Shown piece after piece: positions 18,052 to 25,678 of a stretch of DNA of 33,688 nt. The notes under the pieces were generated by a model. That model searched no databases. It was given only the letters and a program-made list of their open reading frames with translations, and was not told where the DNA came from. Position 1 is the first letter of the stretch, and every line of letters starts with the position of its first letter. The DNA lies in contig JAADIB010000055.1 in the NCBI GenBank assembly GCA_013151565.1, positions 1 through 33,688 on the forward strand, given 5' to 3'. Position numbers and translations under genes: made by a program. Source of the stretch: Chlorobiota bacterium. GTDB lineage: Bacteria; Bacteroidota; Ignavibacteria; Ignavibacteriales; Melioribacteraceae.

Positions 18052-18617
18052 AATCGTAAAAAATATTGTTCATCATTACCATGCGGATCATGACAATTAA
18101 TGCAATTTTCACTTTCAATATCAGGATGATCTTCATTTGCTTTAATATCGTTTTCTGTATGACATTTAAAACATAATTTTTGTCCGGTTTCAAGAAGTAA
18201 GTTTTTGTTTTTACTTCGATGTGGATGATGGCATTTCGTACAGTAACCTGCGGCAACCGGACCGTGTATAAATTTTGCTTCTTTTTGAAAGTTGTCATGG
18301 CATTGATAACATAATTTGGGTTGTTTTTTTATAAGTTTGAAGCCTTGATCTACATTATGACAATCACTACACAATTTTGCACGATACGGACCATGAAATA
18401 CTAGCTTTGAATTTGCGCTCTTCAAAATGTCTTCCCTCATTTTAACTTTTGAAGAATCTAGATTGTTATTTTTAATCTCTATTTCTTGTTTATTAGGATT
18501 AGGTACCCCGTCAAAGAAGAAAGAAAGAATATCATAGTTTGAACTGCTGCATGCAGAAATTAAGAATGCAAGACCAATAAGCAATGCAGCAATTTTTCTA
18601 TTTAACGAAGTAGCCAT
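18048..18617 (-). CDS. Pentahaem lipoprotein cytochrome c.
   Basis: Lipobox LISAC. Five CxxCH motifs (CSDCH, CYQCH, CTKCH, CFKCH, CINCH) in the paired-CxxCH arrangement. Confidence 0.9.
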   Translation of the reverse strand: MATSLNRKIAALLIGLAFLISACSSSNYDILSFFFDGVPNPNKQEIEIKNNNLDSSKVKMREDILKSANSKLVFHGPYRAKLCSDCHNVDQGFKLIKKQPKLCYQCHDNFQKEAKFIHGPVAAGYCTKCHHPHRSKNKNLLLETGQKLCFKCHTENDIKANEDHPDIESENCINCHDPHGNDEQYFLRL

Positions 18618-18619
18618 TA

Positions 18620-19705
18620 TTATTTCTTATATTCTACATATCCGTAAACATTGATTTTATCTGGTCCATACTGGTTGGTCACAAAGATCAAATATTTCAA
18701 ATTAAAACGATCATCCACATATTTTTGAAAGTATTTAAGATTATCATAATCAATAATTACTTTTGCCGGCAGCCACATACCACCCGGACCATTGTATGTC
18801 CCTCCGAAGAACATTAATAAATTTCCCTTTTTATCAAAGATCTGAACATTCTCAAAACCAGCATCTACTACGTAAAGCTTGCCCTCTTTATCAACTGCAA
18901 TTCCTTTCGGTCTTACAAACTGACCGAGTCCTTTTCCGTAACTTCCCACACTATCAATAAATTCACCTTTGAGGGTGAATTCTTTTATTTTAAAAGCTCC
19001 GAAATCACTTACGTACAATATATTATTAGCGACACAGATATTGATAGGTGAATTAAGAAATCCGGGGTCTCCTTGTTGGTAATTTGAATCAGGAAGATTA
19101 TAAAGGTGATCATAATTACCGGTATCATAAACTTCAATTCTGTGTTTCAGCATGTTAGATACAAACAGTTTATTATCGTAGAAAAAAACATCAGTAGGTT
19201 TTAATTCTGCAGGGTTCCCAAAGCTATTTATATAATTTAGGTCATTATCAAAAACAACCACTTCTCTTCTTTCAGCATCAGCCACATAGATATTACCGTT
19301 GTTATCTATATCTACATTAATTGGCTTTTTAATTGTACCGAAACCTTTCGGTTGAAAATACTCAAAAGTATGTTCATTTAAATCAATGATTTCCAAACCT
19401 CCAAGTATTGTATCGCATATATAAATTTTTCCTTTATATATTTTTATACCATAAGGCTTTATTATCGGATTACCCCCTTCTTCACCAGCAACATATTCCA
19501 TAAAAGAAGATTGTTTCCCAGTAACATCAAGCGAGTTGCTGAATTTTGTTAGATATTGAATTCGTGCTGTATCTGGAGGAGCTGGATAAATAATAACCTC
19601 AGAGGTCTGCTTTGTGACATCCGTAGAACAACTAGTAAATAATAGTAGGAAGAGTATTAAAAAGCCGAAACATTTTACCATATGAGCAGTCATAAATTGA
19701 ACCAT
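18620..19705 (-). CDS. NHL-repeat beta-propeller lipoprotein. The true start is possibly the internal Met giving MVKCFGFLILFLLLFTSC.
   Basis: Lipobox FTSC. Repeated NHL-type blades, e.g. GQFVRPKGIAVDKEGKLYVVDAGFENVQIFDKKGN and PINVDIDNNGNIYVADAERREVVVFD. Confidence 0.85.
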   Translation of the reverse strand: MVQFMTAHMVKCFGFLILFLLLFTSCSTDVTKQTSEVIIYPAPPDTARIQYLTKFSNSLDVTGKQSSFMEYVAGEEGGNPIIKPYGIKIYKGKIYICDTILGGLEIIDLNEHTFEYFQPKGFGTIKKPINVDIDNNGNIYVADAERREVVVFDNDLNYINSFGNPAELKPTDVFFYDNKLFVSNMLKHRIEVYDTGNYDHLYNLPDSNYQQGDPGFLNSPINICVANNILYVSDFGAFKIKEFTLKGEFIDSVGSYGKGLGQFVRPKGIAVDKEGKLYVVDAGFENVQIFDKKGNLLMFFGGTYNGPGGMWLPAKVIIDYDNLKYFQKYVDDRFNLKYLIFVTNQYGPDKINVYGYVEYKK

Positions 19706-19788
19706 ACTTTTGTTAATAAAAGTGTAATTTGTCTATTATTAATCTATTGAATATTTAACAAATAAAAAAAAACCTTTTTTAATATCTG

Positions 19789-20177
19789 GAAACCCCCAAG
19801 GTTAACCAATTGATTGAGTAATACGATTATTGCAACATTTAATAAATTAACAGTCATATTATCGAAAAACCTTGTAGATTTTTATATTCAATCTTCACAT
19901 CCTACGTCATTCCTGCAATCTTTAAGCGGAATCCATTGCATAACCTCTACAAAAACAAAGTTTACGTCTTTGCGATCCGTCGGTAGGCAGAGAAGCAATC
20001 TACGAAAATGTGAGAGATTGCCGTACCTCGAAGAAAAGAAATTATGCAAAGCCTTTATAAAAATTAAGTTGCTAACAAAACCTCCAAGGTTTTTAGCAGC
20101 TGATCAATAAATCAAAACAAATAGATTATATTGAGATCAGTAATGCTTTTTAAATACTTAAAAACCTTGAGGGTTTT
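19789..20177. repeat. Four copies of a 17-nt hairpin motif, AAAACC-N5-GGTTTT, in alternating loop orientation within a 627-nt non-coding gap.
   Basis: Copies: 19789-19805 GAAACCCCCAAGGTTAA; 19866-19882 AAAACCTTGTAGATTTT; 20077-20093 AAAACCTCCAAGGTTTT; 20161-20177 AAAACCTTGAGGGTTTT. Copies 3 and 4 have perfect 6-bp stems. Confidence 0.4.
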
Positions 20178-20268
20178 AATTTCCAAAGTCTTAATCATTT
20201 ATAATAAATCAAAAATCATACCGTATTGAATATAAACTACAATTAGATTTTTAAAAACATTTAAACGG

Positions 20269-20312
20269 CAAAAAAAAACTTCTAAGCAACAAAAGGTTGC
20301 TTAGAAGTTTTT
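20269..20312 (-). terminator. Rho-independent terminator of the tetrahaem gene (bidirectional in form).
   Basis: Perfect 13-bp stem ACTTCTAAGCAAC / GTTGCTTAGAAGT (20278-20290 and 20296-20308) with a 5-nt loop. Flanked by A9 on one side and T4-5 on the other, giving a U9 tract on the minus-strand transcript. Lies 21 nt after the stop codon. Confidence 0.85.
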
Positions 20313-20332
20313 AAAAGATTATTCCTTACTTA

Positions 20333-20944
20333 TTATTTATTATGGCATGTTAAACATAATGCACTAGCTGCATTAGATTTAACTAATAAATCTGCTACAC
20401 CTGAACCATTATGAACATCATGGCATGATGCACATTGTAATTTATCACTAATCAACATATCTGCTTTTATTGTACTGCCTAAACCGGAATTTGTTGTTGT
20501 TGGATTAAATAAACCATCGTCAGTAGTTGCTAAAGATGCATCATAAATGAAAGAAACCGGGTGATCGTTACGTAGATCTGTACCGATTTTGTGATCTCCA
20601 GTAACAAATTCATTTCCGTTAGTTCTACCACCAAAGTTATCGACAGCTACAGTACCATCGTGGCAACTTAAGCATAGCTTAGATGAACCATTTGGTTGGG
20701 CAACTGTTGCATCAAGTGTGCCACTAGTGTAAGGAGTAAATGTAGCGGTTGTTACTTCGTGATTCCAAAGTGGAGCATCACTAACAGAAATATCAGCTTG
20801 ATGAGGTGTGTGACATGTTACGCAAATTTCACCGGTATTATTCCAGTTCTCCGTTGAAAAATCATGTGCTGATCCCGCAATGTTTTGCGCAAAGCTGGTA
20901 CCAGCAAAGAAGAACACAACCATAATTGCGATTAGCTTTTTCAT
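20333..20944 (-). CDS. Stand-alone secreted tetrahaem cytochrome c, paralogue family A.
   Basis: Signal peptide MKKLIAIMVVFFFAGTSFAQ. Motifs CVTCH, CLSCH, CASCH, CLTCH. SD AGGAG 7 nt upstream of the ATG. Own terminator and a 620-nt upstream regulatory gap. Confidence 0.9.
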   Translation of the reverse strand: MKKLIAIMVVFFFAGTSFAQNIAGSAHDFSTENWNNTGEICVTCHTPHQADISVSDAPLWNHEVTTATFTPYTSGTLDATVAQPNGSSKLCLSCHDGTVAVDNFGGRTNGNEFVTGDHKIGTDLRNDHPVSFIYDASLATTDDGLFNPTTTNSGLGSTIKADMLISDKLQCASCHDVHNGSGVADLLVKSNAASALCLTCHNK

Positions 20945-21103
20945 TTTTACTTCTCCTATTTTATTAAAGTTGTTTAATTAAAATAACCTTAAGTACTAGT
21001 TGTAATCCAAATAAAATGTATTGGTTACAAGAGTTATTTTATTTTCTAATACTATTATATATAAATATCTCCAGATAGAAAATACTCCATCAATGTCTAT
21101 TTT

Positions 21104-21148
21104 AAAGTACCCCAAAAGGGCTATATAGAAAGTACCCCAAAAGGGGTA
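21104..21148. promoter_or_regulatory. Tandem direct repeat AAAGTACCCCAAAAGGG (25-nt period). Each copy contains a NarL-type 7-2-7 inverted heptamer pair.
   Basis: Repeat copies at 21104-21120 and 21129-21145 are identical 17-mers. The second reads TACCCCA-AA-AGGGGTA (21133-21148) and the first TACCCCA-AA-AGGGCTA. The E. coli NarL heptamer consensus is TACYYMT. Confidence 0.45.
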
Positions 21149-21268
21149 TGATAAAAGTAGACAGAACCATTCAAAATAACATCTAAATTTCCGTTCATTT
21201 CATCATTTTTATTTACATTAATTTTAAGAACATTTGTTACGCGCTAATTACTTTACAGTTATAAATAA

Positions 21269-21284
21269 TGCAAATGAAATGCCA
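21269..21284 (-). promoter_or_regulatory. Candidate sigma-54 (-24/-12) promoter firing toward the tetrahaem gene.
   Basis: The minus strand reads TGGCATTTCATTTGCA, i.e. GG-N10-GC with TGGCA and TTGCA blocks. Lies about 325 nt upstream of the ATG at 20944. Confidence 0.5.
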
Positions 21285-21564
21285 AATTAATTTGTAAAAA
21301 TCAAATGTTTTGCGGTTTAATTGACAGCATTGTCGTATTAGAGTGAGACTATGTATCAAAATGTTCAAGAATAATAAAAACAGATTTCATTCTGTGATGC
21401 TTTTATACAGTATACCATTTAGAGGAATTTTATTTGATAGATAAAGATTCCGGCTGAAAAATTGCCAATGATATATATAATCTGGAACAACTTTAATTTT
21501 ACAGAAAAGATTCTTCCCGCAATATTCTAAAACACAAACATTTCTTAAAAGAAAAAGAATAGCT

Positions 21565-22218
21565 TTAGATGATCCCGTTAGAGATAGCGTAACTTACAAC
21601 CTCTGTGAAGTTTTTTACATTTAATTTTTTTATAATATTCTTACGGTGTTTTATAACCGTAAATTCGCTGATGAATAATTTTTCGGCTACTACTTTACTT
21701 GTGAGACCTTTTGATATAAGACCGACAATTTCAACTTCTCTTGGTGTAAGGGGGGGAGGTGAAACTTTACCAATACTATGCGATGTTAAGTTTCTACCGG
21801 AAACATAATGCAATATTTTTTCGGTTATCTCTTTATTCAAATACTCCTCACCTTCGGCTAATTTTCTTATAGCTTTAAGCAACTCGGAAATATCAGCGTC
21901 TTTATAGAGATATCCATCTGCTCCGCTGGAGATTGCATCAATGATGAATTTTTCATTGTCAATCATTGTAAGCATTAATATTCTAATTTCCTCTCTCAAT
22001 TCTTTTATTTTTTTCGCGGCTTCTATTCCATTTATCCCCGGCATGTTTATATCCATCACAACTACGTGGGGTTTTAGTTCTTCTACTTTTTTAATTGCTT
22101 CTTCGCCGTTGCTTGCTTCCCCTATCACAGTCATATCATCATGAGCATTGATTACAGATTTAATGCCTTCCCTAACCATTTTGTGGTCGTCAACAAGAAG
22201 TACTTTAATTTTTGCCAT
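21565..22218 (-). CDS. Two-component response regulator, NarL/LuxR (REC + GerE-type HTH) family.
   Basis: VLLVDDH ... DINMPGINGIE receiver motifs. C-terminal LTPREVEIVGLISKGLTSKVVAEKLFISEFTVIKHRKNI. 14-nt overlap with the kinase gene. Confidence 0.9.
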   Translation of the reverse strand: MAKIKVLLVDDHKMVREGIKSVINAHDDMTVIGEASNGEEAIKKVEELKPHVVVMDINMPGINGIEAAKKIKELREEIRILMLTMIDNEKFIIDAISSGADGYLYKDADISELLKAIRKLAEGEEYLNKEITEKILHYVSGRNLTSHSIGKVSPPPLTPREVEIVGLISKGLTSKVVAEKLFISEFTVIKHRKNIIKKLNVKNFTEVVSYAISNGII

Positions 22219-23953
22219 TAGTTTTCTCCTTTAAAGGAATCTGAAAATAAACTTTCGTCCCTTCATTGATTTTGGATTCGAATTCCAAAAAGCCATTTAA
22301 AATTTTAGCTCTCTCCTGTATAGATATCAATCCAAAACTTCTTAGACTATTGGTCTGCAGCTGATAATCATGAACATTGAATCCTATACCATTATCAGTT
22401 ATTATAGCAATAAATTTATCTTGTTGAAAGTGGAATTCAAGTTTTACTTCAGTGGCTTTCGAATGTTTTGTAATATTGTTGATTACCTCCTGACAAATTC
22501 TATAAATTGCTAATTCAGTATTTTTTCCCATCGGGGAATATTCTCCATAAACATTGATTGACGCTTTGTAACAACCGGTACTGGAACATTGATGAATCAT
22601 TGAATCGAGTGCAGCTATTAAACCGTAGTTCTCCAGTTCTGCTGGATGTAGGGAGTATATAATGTCTTTAATTTCTTTGTTGGTATTTAAAAGTAATTTG
22701 ATAGTCTTATCAATTTTCTCAGTTGTTTTAGGTGAACTATCTTTCAGTAGTTCAATATTCAATTTGATCAGCATTAACTTCTGACCAATTTGATCATGAA
22801 GTTCCTTTGAAATACGTTTTCTTTCATCTTCAATAAATGCAAACATTTTTTTAGAAACGATTCTCTGCAATTCAAGTTCTTTGTCTGTATCTAATCTTTG
22901 AATCTGGTCTGTGATATCTTCATAATTACAAACGATTTTTTCTGTATCACCATTTAAATTTTTAATATCATAAACAGTCAGTTGCAACACTTTATCTAAT
23001 TGTTCAAAGTAGATCGGGTCGGATTTAAAGAATCCTCCATCCTTTAAAATTCTTAATACATTATTACTTAATTCATCATCAAGCATGTTGGTTAGTTCTA
23101 ATAAATTATTAAGCAGAGAATCCTCTTTAAATAAATTTACCCAAGTATTGTTTATTTTTATAGTGTTTCCATTTTTATTAAATATTGCTTTAGCATACGG
23201 GGATTGTGAAATTATTGCTTCAAGTTCCAAATAGCTTAGATCAACTTCTTCTTTAAGTAATTTATTGCTTTCTTCTAATCTTTTAGTAGTCTCGATCAGT
23301 TTTTCTTCTACTTCTTTACGAGATGAAATATTTCTATTGGATACTCTATGCCCAATATATTTATCCCTAGTGTCAAATACAGATTGACATGAATGATCAA
23401 TCCACATGATTTGATTTTCTTTAGTTACTATCCTGAATTCAATGGATTCGACTTCATTTCCTGATAACGCCTTAGTTTCATGAGTAAGAAATAAGTCCTT
23501 ATCATCCTGATAAATAATCTTGTCAATTAATTCAGGATTATCATAAAACTCCTGTTGTGAATAACCCGTAATTATTTCACAGGAAGGCGAAATAAAATTT
23601 ATCTTTTTTTCATGAGATATCCAGTACTCCCAATCTTTTGTATAATTAGCAACCGTTTTGAAACGCAGTTCACTCTCAATTATTGACTGTTCATCAGAGA
23701 ATCGCTTCCTAAGAAAATAGTACAATATAGTACCAAAGAGCATGAAAGTTGCGATTATCATTATTTTATTAAAAAAGTAATGGGAGGATACCGGTGGGAT
23801 TATAAGAGCCCCTAATTCTTCATCAGAAAATATTAAATAGTTAATTAAGGAATCAAAAATTGAAATTATCAGTGAGATTAAAAATGAAAAAAGTAAAAAA
23901 TATCGAAGATCGAGGAACCTGCTTCTTTTATTTAATTTGTTCTTGCGATTCAT
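22205..23953 (-). CDS. Membrane sensor histidine kinase with PAS domains, HisKA_3 (NarX/DegS-type) dimerisation domain and HATPase.
   Basis: Two N-terminal TM helices and two PAS-like regions. H-box ELHDQIGQKLMLIKL, N-box INNITKHSKA, G-box ITDNGIGF. Confidence 0.9.
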   Translation of the reverse strand: MNRKNKLNKRSRFLDLRYFLLFSFLISLIISIFDSLINYLIFSDEELGALIIPPVSSHYFFNKIMIIATFMLFGTILYYFLRKRFSDEQSIIESELRFKTVANYTKDWEYWISHEKKINFISPSCEIITGYSQQEFYDNPELIDKIIYQDDKDLFLTHETKALSGNEVESIEFRIVTKENQIMWIDHSCQSVFDTRDKYIGHRVSNRNISSRKEVEEKLIETTKRLEESNKLLKEEVDLSYLELEAIISQSPYAKAIFNKNGNTIKINNTWVNLFKEDSLLNNLLELTNMLDDELSNNVLRILKDGGFFKSDPIYFEQLDKVLQLTVYDIKNLNGDTEKIVCNYEDITDQIQRLDTDKELELQRIVSKKMFAFIEDERKRISKELHDQIGQKLMLIKLNIELLKDSSPKTTEKIDKTIKLLLNTNKEIKDIIYSLHPAELENYGLIAALDSMIHQCSSTGCYKASINVYGEYSPMGKNTELAIYRICQEVINNITKHSKATEVKLEFHFQQDKFIAIITDNGIGFNVHDYQLQTNSLRSFGLISIQERAKILNGFLEFESKINEGTKVYFQIPLKEKTNGKN

Positions 23954-23986
23954 CTATAATTCTTCAATATCATTTTATTATTTATC

Positions 23987-25678
23987 TCAATAACTTTTAG
24001 GATTATGAGTTTCTCCGTGGCATTTTAAATAACAACTTCCTCTATAACTACCTCTGTCAACAAACTCTAAGCGCCCGTTTACTGATGATACTACTGATAT
24101 ATTAAAGTTAATCAAGTGAGTATTATTAGTGCTGTTTCCTTGTGAACTGCTTATTCCATGCGGGTCATGGCAGGAGTTACATGAAATATCTTCACCAACG
24201 ATATGTTTTCGATGCACTTTTCTAACAAAACGACTCATGCCATTAATTATCTGACTCCTATCATGGCACTGATAACACAATTCATAATTTTGGTATGATT
24301 CATTGGTCCCATCAACTCGTACATATTCAAATTTTAAAATCTGGGGATATATTGAACCATGTGGTCCTTTGGGAGAGCCAGTACCGTCACTTGCGTGACA
24401 ATCTGTACAGTAAATTATACTTGCCTCAGTAAGAGGTGAAATCAGACTTCTTACATTTGAATTTACACCTGCCGCTTCAATTGGATGATAAGAAGGATTA
24501 TTAACATCAAATTCAAGTCGGACGTTATCCTGTTCAATCTGTCTTGAAGTAGGGCTGCCAGGCTTATCAGGGCTATCGGCATGGCATTTATAACATAATT
24601 CGTATTGATATTGAATTGGATCAATACTATTTCCTACTGTATTAACACCTTTCACACCCCTTATCAGACCGGAAGCAAGGGGAGCAGAAGCTGCATCATC
24701 ATTAGCCTGATGAGGCTCATGGCAATCCTGACATTCTACATGCTTTGTTGTAACAGCACCGTTCTCAGTAGGGTCATGTAATTGATCGTATAAATAAACA
24801 TTATGCCTATATGGTTTTATTAACTGGCTCTGAATATTTTGAGATGCAACATTTCCATTGTGACAAACAATACAGTTGTCTTCATCCTTACTGTAATTTA
24901 ATAAGCGTGTAGTACCTGATGCGTTATGTGGGTTATGACAATTCTCACAAGCGTTTTCAGCTACGGTAGTATAAGATGATCGCGGCCAAGGATCAACCCC
25001 GCTTCCGTTCCAAGTAGCTGTAGAAATTTCATGACTTGAAGTATTCCAATTAGTTCTATCGTGACAAGCGATGCATAGGTTAGAGTATTTATTATCCTCG
25101 ACTAAAAAATTAGTGAAATCATTTTTATGCGGGTCATGACAGCTAATACATTGTAATTTCCCATTCTCTAAAGTTATACTTGGTGGAAGTGAAGATGGAT
25201 CGTGCAATTGTCCGTCACTTAAAGTCAATGCTGAATTATATATAAACGAAATAGGATGATCGTCAGAAAGATCTGTTGATAAGTTAGTCGGACCAATTGG
25301 CATAGTTGTCACACCGTTGTTAAATCCAATGTCAGAAGTTCTACTTAGAACAGAACCTAATGCGATTGTACCATCGTGACAGGAAAGACATAAGATTGAT
25401 GCACCATCCGGCTGCCCGATTGTAGCTTCGGAAGTTGAGCTATTATATAAAGTATAACTAACACCGGGATCACTTTTATTCCATAGTGGTGCCCTAGGAC
25501 TACTATTATGGGGAGTGTGGCAAAAAACGCATAATTCTGATTCGCTAGTAGCTTTAACATTTCCCGGTCCGGAAACCGAAAGATTATGTACAGTTGAAGC
25601 AAGATTCTGCCCTTGAATATTTGAACTAAAAATCAGTAAAACTGGTACAATATAAAATAAAATATTATTTTTTATCAT
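23987..25678 (-). CDS. Secreted multihaem cytochrome c (11 CxxCH plus a C-terminal CX3CH). The N-terminal roughly 170 aa is the family A module.
   Basis: Signal peptide. Conserved blocks CVFCHTPHNS, PLWNK, LCLSCHDGTIA, HPISFIY, QCISCHDPH, followed by 8 more CxxCH motifs and CYLKCHG (24017-24034) 10 residues from the C-terminus. Confidence 0.9.
   Translation of the reverse strand: MIKNNILFYIVPVLLIFSSNIQGQNLASTVHNLSVSGPGNVKATSESELCVFCHTPHNSSPRAPLWNKSDPGVSYTLYNSSTSEATIGQPDGASILCLSCHDGTIALGSVLSRTSDIGFNNGVTTMPIGPTNLSTDLSDDHPISFIYNSALTLSDGQLHDPSSLPPSITLENGKLQCISCHDPHKNDFTNFLVEDNKYSNLCIACHDRTNWNTSSHEISTATWNGSGVDPWPRSSYTTVAENACENCHNPHNASGTTRLLNYSKDEDNCIVCHNGNVASQNIQSQLIKPYRHNVYLYDQLHDPTENGAVTTKHVECQDCHEPHQANDDAASAPLASGLIRGVKGVNTVGNSIDPIQYQYELCYKCHADSPDKPGSPTSRQIEQDNVRLEFDVNNPSYHPIEAAGVNSNVRSLISPLTEASIIYCTDCHASDGTGSPKGPHGSIYPQILKFEYVRVDGTNESYQNYELCYQCHDRSQIINGMSRFVRKVHRKHIVGEDISCNSCHDPHGISSSQGNSTNNTHLINFNISVVSSVNGRLEFVDRGSYRGSCYLKCHGETHNPKSY

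Noticed and set aside
19814-20110. 98-aa + strand ORF in the large intergenic gap.
   Set aside because: It has a non-ATG start, no convincing RBS, and a low-complexity Ser/Leu/Lys/Arg-rich translation. It is threaded through the hairpin and palindromic repeats. It is more likely non-coding regulatory or repeat DNA.
20333-20944. Calling the tetrahaem protein an OmcS or OmcE homologue.
   Set aside because: The only similarity I can see is the CxxCH-T-x-H-N block, which is widespread in paired-CxxCH cytochromes. I keep it as a testable hypothesis, not an annotation.
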